64,000 nucleotides of DNA from an uncultured Candidatus Entotheonella sp. (GTDB taxonomy: Bacteria > Tectomicrobia > Entotheonellia > Entotheonellales > Entotheonellaceae). The notes beneath the pieces were generated by a model. That model had not been told where the DNA came from. It did not search any database and was given only the letters and a program-made list of their open reading frames with translations. The stretch covers positions 928,001 through 992,000 of the forward strand of contig CBDCDA010000002.1 of the NCBI GenBank assembly GCA_965215335.1, written 5' to 3'. This document shows, in pieces, positions 22,619-33,186 of the stretch (the first letter of the stretch is position 1; each line of letters starts with the position of its first letter). A program made the position numbers and the translations under genes.

Positions 22619-24031
22619 CTACACAGGCCGGGTCAGCACCGTCGGGTCGATGCGGCGTGGGATCAGCTGGCCGGTTCCCAGGTCGCCGCGCAACTGGCCA
22701 TCCTCGACCATGACCTGGCCGCGCAGCATGGTCCACACTGGCCAGCCGCGGATTTCCCAGCCTTCCCAGATACTATAGTCGCTGATGTGCAGGTCCGCCA
22801 TGCTCAGCGTCTTGTGCAGCGTCGGATCGATGAGCACGAGGTCGGCGTCGCTGCCGGGGGCGATGGCCCCTTTGCGCGGGTACAGGCCGAGCAGGCGGGC
22901 GGCGTTTGCCGAGGTGATATCGACGTATTGTTGCAGCGGCATGCCGCGTTTGACGACGCCTTCCGTGTAGGTAATGCCCATGCGCGTTTCGACGCCGTTA
23001 TGGCCGCCGGTGACGTTGTCGATCTGCTCGCCGGCGATTTTCAGCGCGAAGGTGGTGCAATACTCGTCGGTGGCCATGGTGTGCAGGTCGCCGTTCAGCA
23101 GGCCGTGCCACAATGCCTGGCGGTCCGCCTCGGACTTGAGCGACGGGTAGGTGTGGTACTGCATGCCGTGCGTCTTCTGGTAGTCATCGGCGGTGAACGA
23201 CACGTAATTGTGCAGCGTTTCGCCGTAGACCGGCAGGCCCCTGGCGCGCGCCTCGCGGATCGCCTGCACGCCTTCTTTGGCGCTCACGTGGACGAAATAC
23301 ACTGCCGCGTTGGTCCACTCGGCCGCCCGGATGATGCGACGAAAGGAGATGTCCTCCGACATGTTGGTGTGGGCGCGGTGCATGTGCGTCCAGTCGTAGG
23401 TGTCCTGCTCCTTGAGGCGGTTGTACAGAAACTGGACGATGTCGTCGTCCTCGGCGTGCACCACCAGCAGGCCGTTGTGAGCCGCCACCTCCTCCATCAC
23501 GGCGACGACGTGGCCGAGGCGGGCCATGCGGTCATGGACGTTGGGGCGGATGTTGGTCGTGAAAATCTTGAAGGTGGGGAAGCCCGCCTCGACAGCCTGC
23601 GGAATCTGCAGGATGACGTCGGATGGGATGGCGTCAAGGAGCATGCAGTGATAGGTGAAATCGCTGTACGACTGTCCCTGCCAGCGGCCATTACGCTCGT
23701 CGATGGCGGCGAAGATGTCGCGGCCCGGAAACTGGATGGCGAAGTCGACAAGGGTCGTGGTGCCGCCAAACACCGCGGCGCGGCTGACGTCCGGGGGCGG
23801 GGCGGTTTCCGCGTCGGGATGGCCCATGATGGGTGCGGCGACGTGTGCGTGCGGTTCAATGCCGCCGGGCACGACGATTTTGCCGCCGGCGTCGATGACC
23901 CGCCCGATCTCGTCGGGCAGGCTGCCCGACGAGGCGATGGCGACGATCTTCTCGCCGCGAATGCCGACGTCCCATTGTCCCATGCCGCCAGGGGTCACCA
24001 CCTGGCCGCCGCGAATGAGATAGTCCAACAT
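22619..24031 (-). CDS. dihydropyrimidinase/hydantoinase-like amidohydrolase
   Basis: PGGIEPHAH metal motif, GGTTT, TFKIF, VHAED, KGAIAPGSDADLVL. Confidence 0.85.
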   Translation of the reverse strand: MLDYLIRGGQVVTPGGMGQWDVGIRGEKIVAIASSGSLPDEIGRVIDAGGKIVVPGGIEPHAHVAAPIMGHPDAETAPPPDVSRAAVFGGTTTLVDFAIQFPGRDIFAAIDERNGRWQGQSYSDFTYHCMLLDAIPSDVILQIPQAVEAGFPTFKIFTTNIRPNVHDRMARLGHVVAVMEEVAAHNGLLVVHAEDDDIVQFLYNRLKEQDTYDWTHMHRAHTNMSEDISFRRIIRAAEWTNAAVYFVHVSAKEGVQAIREARARGLPVYGETLHNYVSFTADDYQKTHGMQYHTYPSLKSEADRQALWHGLLNGDLHTMATDEYCTTFALKIAGEQIDNVTGGHNGVETRMGITYTEGVVKRGMPLQQYVDITSANAARLLGLYPRKGAIAPGSDADLVLIDPTLHKTLSMADLHISDYSIWEGWEIRGWPVWTMLRGQVMVEDGQLRGDLGTGQLIPRRIDPTVLTRPV

Positions 24032-24063
24032 GGTATTCGCTCCTCAGACCGCGCCGTGGGCGG

Positions 24064-25107
24064 TCAAATAGCTGCGACGTTGGCCGGATCGGGTGCCATG
24101 TCGCCGCGTTCGACGCCCATTACCACCGCCGTCAGGGCGGCGTGTGCGGGCGCCGGAACGTCGATTTCCTCGCCCTTGGCGGCGATCAGGCCGTTGATGA
24201 AGCCAATCTCGGTGCGCCGGCCCTTGAGGATGTCCTGCCCGGTGGACGGCCGCCCCGACTCGGTCATGCGCTTCATGCCGGCCAGCATGGCACCTTCGAC
24301 TTCTTCCAGGGCGGCCGGGTTGCCCGCAGCGGCATCCACCCACTTTTCGGGCGCCATGCCGCGGATGCTTTCCAATTCGTAGCCCAAGGCCTGACCGACA
24401 CGCACGGCTTCACCCCCCAGACGGATCGACAGACGGCGGGTCATCTCCTGCTCGGTCATCGCCAGGCTGTTCATGCCGGTGGCCGCGGAGATGCCGTTTC
24501 CCATGCCGTTGACGGTCAGCTTGGACCAGCGTTCGCCCCACAGGTTGGTGGTGACCTTGGCGCTGTCCACGTTACCGAGCATGTCCGCCAATTCCCGTGC
24601 ACGCGGCGTCACCCGCCCGTGCGGCTCGCCGACGCGAAACACCGTGTGCGAGGCGCCGCCGGGCTGCAGGGTGCGCATGACGTGCCCGGCCTCGAAGGCA
24701 TCGACGCCAATCGTGCTGGCGATGCAGCCTGCCACCTTGCCCCAGCCGACGATCCTGGCGATGCGTTCTTCGTTGATGCTGTTTTGCAGCGACACCACGA
24801 CGCCGTGCGGCTTCAGGTATTGCGCGATCATCGTCGTGGCCCATTCCGTGTCGTACGACTTGGTACAGATGAAGGCGACGTCCACCGGCTCCTTGAACAG
24901 GCTCTGCACCTCGTGCACATGCAGCGCCCTGGGGTGCACGAGGTGGTCGCCCTGCGTGCCGCTCAGGTGCAGGCCGTCGCGCTTGATTGCCTCGATATGA
25001 TCTGGCCAGGGATCGACAAGGGTAACATCCAGCCCGGCGCGTGCCATGTGTCCGCCGACGTAACCGCCGACAGCCCCTGCGCCCATGAATACGATGCGTT
25101 TCGTCAT
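24064..25107 (-). CDS. ketopantoate reductase-family oxidoreductase
   Basis: GAGAVGG, TKSYD, LQNS, RWSKL, STGQD, RRTEIGFING. Confidence 0.88.
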   Translation of the reverse strand: MTKRIVFMGAGAVGGYVGGHMARAGLDVTLVDPWPDHIEAIKRDGLHLSGTQGDHLVHPRALHVHEVQSLFKEPVDVAFICTKSYDTEWATTMIAQYLKPHGVVVSLQNSINEERIARIVGWGKVAGCIASTIGVDAFEAGHVMRTLQPGGASHTVFRVGEPHGRVTPRARELADMLGNVDSAKVTTNLWGERWSKLTVNGMGNGISAATGMNSLAMTEQEMTRRLSIRLGGEAVRVGQALGYELESIRGMAPEKWVDAAAGNPAALEEVEGAMLAGMKRMTESGRPSTGQDILKGRRTEIGFINGLIAAKGEEIDVPAPAHAALTAVVMGVERGDMAPDPANVAAI

Positions 25108-25161
25108 GCCCGTGCCCTTTGCGCCAATGGTGTGTCAGGTTGTGGTTCGGCACGCCCCCGG

Positions 25162-26067
25162 CTACATGCCGGGTTGGCCGGCCGCCGCCTCTTCCTGTTG
25201 CAGTGCGAAGATCGACGAGTAGCCCTTCGACCAATCGGGCGGTATCAGGCAGGGCCGCGGGTCGAAATGAATCCACTTGGCGGGCTGCCCGCGCACGATG
25301 ACGTTGGAGAACTGGAACCGGTCGGTGAGGTTGGTGATGTGCAGGGCGTCCGCCGCGGCATACGTGTGGAGGAGCAGGGGACGCGAGCGGTGCGAGTTGT
25401 TGGGCATGGAGCCGTGGATGGTGCGGCAATTGTGGATGGTGATGGAGCCGCGCGGACCCTTCAGGTAAACGGCTTTGTCCACATCGACGCGCGGCAGGTC
25501 ACGGTCCTTGATGGCGCCGGTCCACTGTCCGTCGTCGCCATACAGGTCAAAAAGCTCGCCGTTGTGGCTGTCGGGGATGACGCCCATGGGACCCATGTCG
25601 TCGTCCACGTCGTCCATGTACACGCCAATGGTGAGCGGGGAGTAGTTGGTGTGCGGCCAGAACTGGATGTCCTGGTGCCACTTGACCTCCTCGCCGCCAT
25701 CGGCCCATTTGAAGTTGAGCTTGGAATGATGGAATTTCACATCGGGTCCGACCAGGTCTTCGGCTGCGTCGACGACAGGGCCGTTGGCCGCGAAATCGCG
25801 ATAAACGGGGTGTTGCTCGGTGGGGAAGGACAGACGGCGCAGGCGAGGCTTGTCGGCGCTGTGACCGCGTTCGAGATCGAAGACACCGTCCGAGTCGGTG
25901 CGTGAGCGGCTTTGTTCGATGAATTCATGGGTGACTTGCCACAGGCGGTCCAGCCATGCCTCGGAAAGGAAGTTTTCGACGAGCAGATAGCCGTTTTGGA
26001 AATAAAATGCCCTTTGTTCCTGCGTCAGCACCTTGGGCGGGTGGGCCAAAATGTCTTCAACCTGCAT
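25162..26067 (-). CDS. phytanoyl-CoA dioxygenase family Fe(II)/2OG oxygenase
   Basis: WHQD, distal HGSMPN...R motif, FYFQNGYL. Confidence 0.88.
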   Translation of the reverse strand: MQVEDILAHPPKVLTQEQRAFYFQNGYLLVENFLSEAWLDRLWQVTHEFIEQSRSRTDSDGVFDLERGHSADKPRLRRLSFPTEQHPVYRDFAANGPVVDAAEDLVGPDVKFHHSKLNFKWADGGEEVKWHQDIQFWPHTNYSPLTIGVYMDDVDDDMGPMGVIPDSHNGELFDLYGDDGQWTGAIKDRDLPRVDVDKAVYLKGPRGSITIHNCRTIHGSMPNNSHRSRPLLLHTYAAADALHITNLTDRFQFSNVIVRGQPAKWIHFDPRPCLIPPDWSKGYSSIFALQQEEAAAGQPGM

Positions 26068-26287
26068 GCCGGTCTCCTTCTGCAGTCTTTCTTCTCTGCT
26101 TCGCCGCTCAGGGAAGAGGGTCAGCCCGCTTGACCTGGCGCTTCTCCACTGGCGGTCACCATCATAGCATACTGTCCGTGCAGCAGTTGGTGCGGAACGT
26201 ATAGATCATTGCCATGCTTCGGCGTATAATCCGGCCTTTCGACCCGGCGCGCAACTCCGGTTACAAGCGAGTATCCACGAGGGGACC

Positions 26288-26752
26288 ATGACAAACCGAC
26301 ACGCACGGTTCACGACGTCCAAAGGCGTTTTTCGGGTGCAACTCAGCGAAGACAAGGCGCCCAAGACGACTGGGAATTTCATCCAGCTGGTCGAGTCCGG
26401 ATTTTATGACGGCCTCATCTTTCACCGCATCATCGACGGTTTCATGATCCAGGGTGGCTGTCCGCAGGGCACGGGGATGGGTGGCCCTGGCTATGCCATC
26501 AACGACGAGTTTCACCCGGAGTTGCAGCACGACGGTCCGGGCGTCCTGTCGATGGCCAACGCCGGGCCGCACACGGGCGGCTCGCAGTTCTTCATCACGC
26601 TCGCGGCCACGCACTGGCTGGACGGTCGCCACGCCGTGTTCGGCAAGGTCGTGGAGGGGCTGGATACCGTCCACGCCGCCGGGCGGGCGGAAACCGACGG
26701 CCGGGACCGGCCGCGGGAAGACGTGGTCATCGAAACGATAACGATTGAGTAA
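26288..26752 (+). CDS. cyclophilin-type peptidyl-prolyl isomerase
   Basis: FHRIIDGFMIQGG, LSMANAG, GSQFFIT, WLDGRHAVFGKV. Confidence 0.95.
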   Translation: MTNRHARFTTSKGVFRVQLSEDKAPKTTGNFIQLVESGFYDGLIFHRIIDGFMIQGGCPQGTGMGGPGYAINDEFHPELQHDGPGVLSMANAGPHTGGSQFFITLAATHWLDGRHAVFGKVVEGLDTVHAAGRAETDGRDRPREDVVIETITIE

Positions 26753-26775
26753 ACGGCCATGACGAGGAGCGAAGC

Positions 26776-27468
26776 ATGAGCAGGAAGAACTTGGGTAGGC
26801 GCGTTGTTGGAATGGCCTTGGTGATGGCTGTGGCCGTCATGTCCGGTGCTGCTGCCGGTTATGCTGAAACCCTGCGCGTCGTCCGCGGCGAAGTCGGTGC
26901 CACCGGCTTCAAGATGAAACCCACGGGGCGCATGGGCGTTCCGGTACGCGGCGCCATCAACATCCAGCCCGGTCAGGTCGAGTTCGACCCGGCGACCGGC
27001 ACGATAAGCGGCTACCTGGTCCTGGACATCACGTCCTTCAACACTGGCGATCCCGCTCGCGACGCCAACATTCGCCAGGGTGCCTTCCTGGTGAATCAAT
27101 TCTCGTTGTGGACCGTCTCGCTCTTGAGCCTGAGCGGTTACGATCCCGTTTCATCCGCCCCGATGCAAACCATCGAGCTTGCCGTTCGCATCGAAGCCAT
27201 GGGTCTTTCCGAGGACCGCACGATCAAGGTGCACGTCGCCGTCTCCGATGACCGCGCAACCATCACCAGCGCCGGTGCGCACTACATGCACGCTGGCGAC
27301 TCGCCGCTCGCCCGGCTCATCGTTGCTGGCATCGAACGGGTCTGCCTGGCCTTCCACCAAGCCCCGTTTCCCAGCATCCAGATGACCATGGACGGCAATC
27401 CCGTCCCCGGCTTCGCCACCGCCGATTTTGCCATTGTCGATCTCTCGTTGACGCTGGCGCGGCAGTAG
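26776..27468 (+). CDS. secreted YceI-like protein
   Basis: signal peptide; LDITSFNTGDPARDANIR resembles the YceI SxxTGxxxRD motif. Confidence 0.5.
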   Translation: MSRKNLGRRVVGMALVMAVAVMSGAAAGYAETLRVVRGEVGATGFKMKPTGRMGVPVRGAINIQPGQVEFDPATGTISGYLVLDITSFNTGDPARDANIRQGAFLVNQFSLWTVSLLSLSGYDPVSSAPMQTIELAVRIEAMGLSEDRTIKVHVAVSDDRATITSAGAHYMHAGDSPLARLIVAGIERVCLAFHQAPFPSIQMTMDGNPVPGFATADFAIVDLSLTLARQ

Positions 27469-27630
27469 TCCGGCGGGAAACCCGTCTGGAGCAGCTGACG
27501 GACAAGCTGCGTGAGGATCGGGTTCGTCGTGTCGGGGATGTGAAAGCGCGGGTAGCATTCATCATTTCCACCGCCCCGGCAAGAGGCTGTCGGGGCGGTG
27601 GCTCGCGGGGCTGTCGGGAGGCGCCGCCCG

Positions 27631-28878
27631 TTACGCGAACATATCGAACGGCTTGAAGTCGCCGCCCAGGAGCGCGTGGGTGTCTTCGTAGCCGAGCCAG
27701 CCGTCGATGGCGGTGGCGTAGACGCGTCGGAAGTCGGTGGTGTAGATGAGATTGTCGCCCGGGTCGAGCTCGGTGAGGCTGGGGATGTGGCCGTAGTGGC
27801 CGCCCTTGATCGGCTTGCCGACCATGAACATGAGGCCGGCGGCGCCGTGGTCGGTGCCGAGGCTGGTGTTTTCGGGCACCCGGCGGCCGAACTCGGAGAA
27901 GAGCAGCACGACGACATCGTTGGCGCGGCCGATGCGTTCGAGGTCGGCCATGAAGCCGGCGACGGCGTCGGCGGCGTAGGTAAGGAGCCGCTGGTGCAGG
28001 TTGCTCTGGTGCACGTGCGTGTCGAAGGCGTTGTTGCGGAAGGTGGTGTAATACAGCCGCGTCGGCATGTCGGCGTGGATCAGCGCGGCGATCTTGGGCA
28101 GGTCGAGCGGCGCGATGCCGTAGTCGATCGGCGAGCTGTAATCCGACCATGCCTGCTGCACCAGTGCCGAGGCGTCGAGGGCGCTCTGGGCGATGTTCAG
28201 CAGGTAGTCCCGTGACGGGTTGGCCGCGCCGTTGGCGTCGGCGACGTGCTGGAACAACGGCTGCTGCGAATGGAACCCTTCGCGGGCGAACTTGTCCGGC
28301 GCGTCAAAGACCACGGGCACGTGGTTGCGGCTGCGCACGGCCAGCGACTGGGTGGCGTCGATATTGACGATGTAGTTCGACGCGCCGCCCGGCTTGACGG
28401 CGTCCGCCAGGCGGCCCAGCCAGCCGTACTCCGCGCCGCTGTTCGGCGCCGCGGTATGCCAGTAGGCCATGGACGTGAAGTGCGAAAACGACGGATTCTC
28501 ATAGCCGCAGCCGTGCGCCACGGCCATCATGCCATCCTTGTACAGTCGCTCGAATCCCACCAGGCCCGGATTGAAGCCGAAGTGATCGTCGATCTTGAGC
28601 ACCGCCTCCGGCTTGATGCCGATGGTCGGCCGCTGCCGGTAGTAGGCGTCGTCGCCGTAGGGAACGAGGGTGTTCAGCCCGTCGTTGCCGCCGGACAACT
28701 CCAGCACCACCAGGATGCGGTTGTCGTGGTGGCGGCTGATTCGCTTCACCATGGCATCGGCGGCCCGCGCAAAGAAGGGCGGCAGTCCGAGGGCGCCGGC
28801 GGCGCCCATGCCGAGCAAACCGGTCTTCAGCGCAGCGCGCCGGGTCAGGTCCTGGGGTGCGGAAAACTTGTTTCTCAT
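27631..28878 (-). CDS. DUF1501 family protein (Tat-exported)
   Basis: TRRAALK twin-arginine, LSGGNDGLN, FDTH, FSEFGRR, GTDHG; start at MRNKF 28878. Confidence 0.9.
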   Translation of the reverse strand: MRNKFSAPQDLTRRAALKTGLLGMGAAGALGLPPFFARAADAMVKRISRHHDNRILVVLELSGGNDGLNTLVPYGDDAYYRQRPTIGIKPEAVLKIDDHFGFNPGLVGFERLYKDGMMAVAHGCGYENPSFSHFTSMAYWHTAAPNSGAEYGWLGRLADAVKPGGASNYIVNIDATQSLAVRSRNHVPVVFDAPDKFAREGFHSQQPLFQHVADANGAANPSRDYLLNIAQSALDASALVQQAWSDYSSPIDYGIAPLDLPKIAALIHADMPTRLYYTTFRNNAFDTHVHQSNLHQRLLTYAADAVAGFMADLERIGRANDVVVLLFSEFGRRVPENTSLGTDHGAAGLMFMVGKPIKGGHYGHIPSLTELDPGDNLIYTTDFRRVYATAIDGWLGYEDTHALLGGDFKPFDMFA

Positions 28879-28919
28879 ATCGATCCCTCCTTGTTGAAAA
28901 TACGACAGCCAGCGAGCAC

Positions 28920-30758
28920 TCAGCCGAGCTGGTACTCGGGCTGGCTCATGATGAGATGGGCGAGCATGCGCAGGGGCGCTTCCAGGTACGTCTCGGCCTC
29001 GGCGATGTCGGAGGTTCCCAGTTCGCCGTCCAGAAAGGTGACCAGCAGGTCCCGTTCCGTCTTGCCGAGTGGCGCCCGCATGAAGCGCTTGAGGAAGTAG
29101 TCCACCACCTCCTCGGTATTGCGCAGCCCTGCTTCCATGACCATGGCGCTCAGGTTGATCCCCGCCGTATGGCGCGGCAGCGGCTTCACCCGATCGATAG
29201 CCATTTGCCAACCCCGGTAGCTGCCATAGCGCGTATTGAAATCCTCGTCGCGGTCGGCCATCATGTTCGATTCGGCCATCATCATGCCGCCGTTGCCGTA
29301 TCCCGGCAGGGTGGCGCTGGTGATGTCGAATCCCTGCTTGATGCGGGCGTGCACCTCGCGCAGCATCAGGCTGGACTGATAGCGGTCGTGGGCGATGAAG
29401 TCGATGTCCGGGAAGAGCACGGCGCGGGCGAAATTGCCCCGCTCCAGCAGCAGCCCGGGGGTGATCCAGCTACGCCCGTGTGCCCAGCCCGCCACGGTGG
29501 GCGGCCAGAACAGCTCCTGCCCCAGCGCGGTGACGACCAGGTTGAAATCGGGAATACCCGGAACCTCATCGACGCCCAGTTTCTTGTAGGTGGACACCAC
29601 CAGCTCCGTCGGGCTCTTGATGTGGGTTCCCATGCTGGCGGGGCTGTAGAAGTCCCTGGACAGGAAGACCGTTTGCAACAGCGGTTTCATCTCGTAGTTG
29701 TTGTCGCGCAAGGTCGCAGCCAGCTCGTGGTTCAGGTCCGGGGAGAGTTCCTGCCGCACCAGGTAGCGATAGAGCTTGGCGGCCATGAACTCGGCGGTGG
29801 CGGGCTGCGCCATGATCAGGTCGATGATCTCCACACCGTCAAAGCTGCCCTCATGGCCAAGGAAGCTCTTGGCGCCGTCGTCGTGCTGCGCCGCGTTGAC
29901 CACGAACGTCAGGTCATCGGCGTTCCAGCCGGTGAAAGCCCGAGCCGCCTCGCGGATGTCCTGTTCGGTATAATTGCCCACGCCCATGGTAAAGAGTTCC
30001 ATGATCTCGCGGGCGAAATTTTCGTTCGGCGCGCCCTTGACGTTGACCCCGGCGTCGAGGAAGTAGAGCATCGCCGGGTCCTGCGCCACGGCGACCACGA
30101 GGTCGCGGAAGTTGCCGGTGGCGTGGCGCCGGAAGGTTTCATTCTGCAGCAGCATCTTGCGGTAGTCGCGCACCTTGGCCTCGCTGGTGGCGAAGTGGCC
30201 GTGCCAGAACAGCGCCATCTTCTCCTCGAGCGGTCGGCTGGTGTCGAGCATACGGTTGGCCCACCAGTACGCCACCCGCCGGGTTTCCAGCATACTGGCG
30301 CGCAGCCAGTAGAAGAACTTGTTGACCACCGGCTGCAGGCGCCGATTGCCCGACGGCTTCACCTTCACCCCCAACGCCTCGCCGTTGTCCCTGGCGAGCC
30401 GGGTGGTGGCCGGGCGGCTGGGCGGGAAGGGCACCAGACCGGGGTCGTGGACCCCGGATTCGTCGAACGGTGGCAGGTGGCCGTTCTCAATCGATTCGTA
30501 GTGCACCAGGAGCCGCACCGCTTCTTCCGGCGTCATCGCGGCCAGCCGTTCGATTTCTTCGGGGGTACCGCCGAAACCGGCGCGCTCCAGCAAGTGCGCT
30601 GCGCGGTCGTAGCTCCACTCGTTCGACGCAATGGGCGACAGGTCGCCCTGCCAATCGACCGGTCCCGGTCCAAGGTGGGTACGCTCGGCGGCGTCTGCGG
30701 CAGGCGACAGCGGCATCAGCAGCGCCACCAAGCCGGCGAGAAGACCGTGGAACAACAT
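28920..30758 (-). CDS. DUF1800 family protein
   Basis: AAHLLERAGFG, LEEKMALFWHGHF, PNENFAREIMELFTMG, PPTVAGW, PEYQL; usual partner of DUF1501. Confidence 0.92.
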   Translation of the reverse strand: MLFHGLLAGLVALLMPLSPAADAAERTHLGPGPVDWQGDLSPIASNEWSYDRAAHLLERAGFGGTPEEIERLAAMTPEEAVRLLVHYESIENGHLPPFDESGVHDPGLVPFPPSRPATTRLARDNGEALGVKVKPSGNRRLQPVVNKFFYWLRASMLETRRVAYWWANRMLDTSRPLEEKMALFWHGHFATSEAKVRDYRKMLLQNETFRRHATGNFRDLVVAVAQDPAMLYFLDAGVNVKGAPNENFAREIMELFTMGVGNYTEQDIREAARAFTGWNADDLTFVVNAAQHDDGAKSFLGHEGSFDGVEIIDLIMAQPATAEFMAAKLYRYLVRQELSPDLNHELAATLRDNNYEMKPLLQTVFLSRDFYSPASMGTHIKSPTELVVSTYKKLGVDEVPGIPDFNLVVTALGQELFWPPTVAGWAHGRSWITPGLLLERGNFARAVLFPDIDFIAHDRYQSSLMLREVHARIKQGFDITSATLPGYGNGGMMMAESNMMADRDEDFNTRYGSYRGWQMAIDRVKPLPRHTAGINLSAMVMEAGLRNTEEVVDYFLKRFMRAPLGKTERDLLVTFLDGELGTSDIAEAETYLEAPLRMLAHLIMSQPEYQLG

Positions 30759-30993
30759 GGGGGTGCCTCCTGTGGTTTGCGTGGATTCGCGCCGGAGCCT
30801 CGGCGGAGGTCGGCGTTACGGAAAGGTCATTGGACGGGAAGCGTACGTGACAGTTTATATAGCATACGGCAGCCGGGATTGCCAAAACCCTGAACTTCTC
30901 CAGCCAGAGCATTTCCGTATCAGGTTACATCGTCTGCATGGCGTTGGGGCTCCCCCCGCCGGCTCGCCTGCAGGGGGGGTGGCGGAGCAGGCG

Positions 30994-32127
30994 CTACGGC
31001 TGCTTGTCGCCCCAGTAATAATCGGCGATGGTGTCATACGGACTCATGAACAGCCGCGCCGGAACCACGAGTTCGGCGTAGGCTCGCTGCGAGTCCAGCA
31101 CTTTCTTGAAGAATGGGTCCCTGGCGGATTCGCGTCGTGCGATCTTGTCCCACGATTTCAGGTGCGCCAGGAGGATATCGTCGGGCGTTTTGACCAAGGT
31201 CACGCCGCGTTTGTCGGTAAAGGTATTCAGCGCTTCGGCGTCCATGCGGTTGAACTCCAGAAGCGACTGGAAGGCGGCCTGGAAGGCCGCCGCCTTGACG
31301 ATGGCCTGCAGGTCGGGCGACAGGCCGTCCCAGACGTCCTTGTTGATCAGCAAGTCGCAGGAGCCGGCCGTCTCGTGCGCACCGGGGTAGTGGTAGAACT
31401 TCCACACCGTATCGAATCCCTGCCGCAGGTCCTCCGCCGGGGTGTACCATTCGGTGGCGTCCAGCACACCGCGTTCGCCGGCCGGCAGCACCTCACCGCC
31501 CGGCAGGGTGACGACGGAAAGCCCCATGTCCTTGTACACCTCGGAGGCCAGGCCGGGAACCCGGTACTTGAGTCCCTTGAGTTCGTCAACGCCCTGCAGC
31601 GGCATTTTGAACCAGCCGAGCGACTGGGTCGTGGTGGGGAAAATGGGGAAGGCGACGATGTTCATGCCGAGAATTTGCTGATAGAACTCGTTCAGGAGTT
31701 CGAAGCCGCCGCCCTGGAATTCCCAGCCCCAGAAGTCGATGGTGCTCATCCCGAAGGGGCCGCCGGGAACGGAGGTGAACAGGGCCGCCGCCATGTGCTT
31801 GCCCATGAAGTAATACGTGCAGGTATGGGCGCCGTCCAGAACGCCGCGGTGGGTGGCGTCGGCCACGTCGAAGGCGCCAACGATGGCGCCTGCCGGAAAC
31901 CCGTCGATCTTTATCCGACCTCCCGACATCTGTTCGACGCCCTGGGCGAACTTCTGCATGTTGGTGAACAGCAGGCTGGAGGGCGGAAAGCTCGCCTGAA
32001 GCTTCAGGACGGTGGGGTCGTCCTGTGCCATGGCGGCCGTGGGGGCCAGAGGGTGCTGCGGGGAAGGCCCGGCCAGAAGAGCGAGCGCGGCGCATGCCGC
32101 GAGCAAAGCAAGCGCAAGCTTGTGCAT
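30994..32127 (-). CDS. TRAP transporter substrate-binding protein (DctP/TakP-like)
   Basis: signal peptide, MSGGRI, PAGAIV, LPGGEVLPAGERGVLDATEW; paralogue of 11979..13100. Confidence 0.9.
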   Translation of the reverse strand: MHKLALALLAACAALALLAGPSPQHPLAPTAAMAQDDPTVLKLQASFPPSSLLFTNMQKFAQGVEQMSGGRIKIDGFPAGAIVGAFDVADATHRGVLDGAHTCTYYFMGKHMAAALFTSVPGGPFGMSTIDFWGWEFQGGGFELLNEFYQQILGMNIVAFPIFPTTTQSLGWFKMPLQGVDELKGLKYRVPGLASEVYKDMGLSVVTLPGGEVLPAGERGVLDATEWYTPAEDLRQGFDTVWKFYHYPGAHETAGSCDLLINKDVWDGLSPDLQAIVKAAAFQAAFQSLLEFNRMDAEALNTFTDKRGVTLVKTPDDILLAHLKSWDKIARRESARDPFFKKVLDSQRAYAELVVPARLFMSPYDTIADYYWGDKQP

Positions 32128-32307
32128 GAATGGTCTCCCTGAGTATCGGCATGTTGTGGAATGGCGCCACGTTATAAGCCCGGCAAACCCTTGTCAATAC
32201 CGGTCACAGGTGTCCCGCATGGTGTTTTGACCTGACAAACGGGGCCGAGGTAGAATGCCCGGTATCGCAACGCGCCAATCGGAACAAGCCGGAAAAGGGG
32301 GAGCCTC

Positions 32308-33186
32308 ATGACGGATGTCAGGTGTGTACTGGACGTGCGGGCCGAGCTGGGCGAATGTCCGACGTGGAGCAGGGAAGAGCATCGGTTGTACTGGGTCAAC
32401 ATCAACGGGCGCACGGTCAACCGGTTCGATCCGGCCACCGGCGACAACGAGGTCTGCCAGTTGTCCGAGCAGATCGGCTCCTTCGTGCTGCGCGACCAGG
32501 GCGGCCTGGTGGTGGCGTTGCGCTCGGGTTTTCACTTCCTCGATTTCGACACTGCCGTGCTCACCCCAATCGTCGACCCGGAGGCGGACAAGCCGGACAA
32601 TCGTTTCAACGATGGGCGTTGTGGACCCGATGGGCGATTCTGGGCCGGCACCATGCGCGATCCCCAGGACCCGGCGCAGCGCACCGGCGCGTTGTACTGT
32701 CTCGACACGGACCTGAGCTGGCGCACCATGGTGTCTGGCGTCGGCGTCAGCAACGGTCTGGCGTTCAGCCCCGACGGCGGCACGATGTATTACGCCGATA
32801 CCAGGCAGGAGACCATCTGGACGTTCGACTTTAATGCCGGAGACGGAACCCTCGGCAACCGCCGCGTATTCGCCACCACGCACGACCTGCCGGGCCGTCC
32901 CGACGGCGGCTGCGTGGACGCCGAAGGGTTTTACTGGTCGGCCAACGTCGACGGCTGGCAGATGGTGCGGTTTGCGCCGGACGGCAGCGTGGACCGCACG
33001 GTGAAGCTGCCGGTGCAAAAGCCGACCATGCCGGCCTTCGGGGGCGATGATCTGGAGATCATGTATATCACCACCATCGGCTCCGGCGGCAGCACGCCTC
33101 TGCAGCCCGGGCAGCCGCGGGCCGGCAGCATCTTCGCCTGCGAACCCGGCATGCGCGGCCTGCCGGAACCGAAGTTCCGCGGTTAG
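32308..33186 (+). CDS. SMP-30/gluconolactonase family protein
   Basis: LGECPTW, NRFNDG, SNGLAFSPD, PDGGCVDAEG. Confidence 0.92.
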   Translation: MTDVRCVLDVRAELGECPTWSREEHRLYWVNINGRTVNRFDPATGDNEVCQLSEQIGSFVLRDQGGLVVALRSGFHFLDFDTAVLTPIVDPEADKPDNRFNDGRCGPDGRFWAGTMRDPQDPAQRTGALYCLDTDLSWRTMVSGVGVSNGLAFSPDGGTMYYADTRQETIWTFDFNAGDGTLGNRRVFATTHDLPGRPDGGCVDAEGFYWSANVDGWQMVRFAPDGSVDRTVKLPVQKPTMPAFGGDDLEIMYITTIGSGGSTPLQPGQPRAGSIFACEPGMRGLPEPKFRG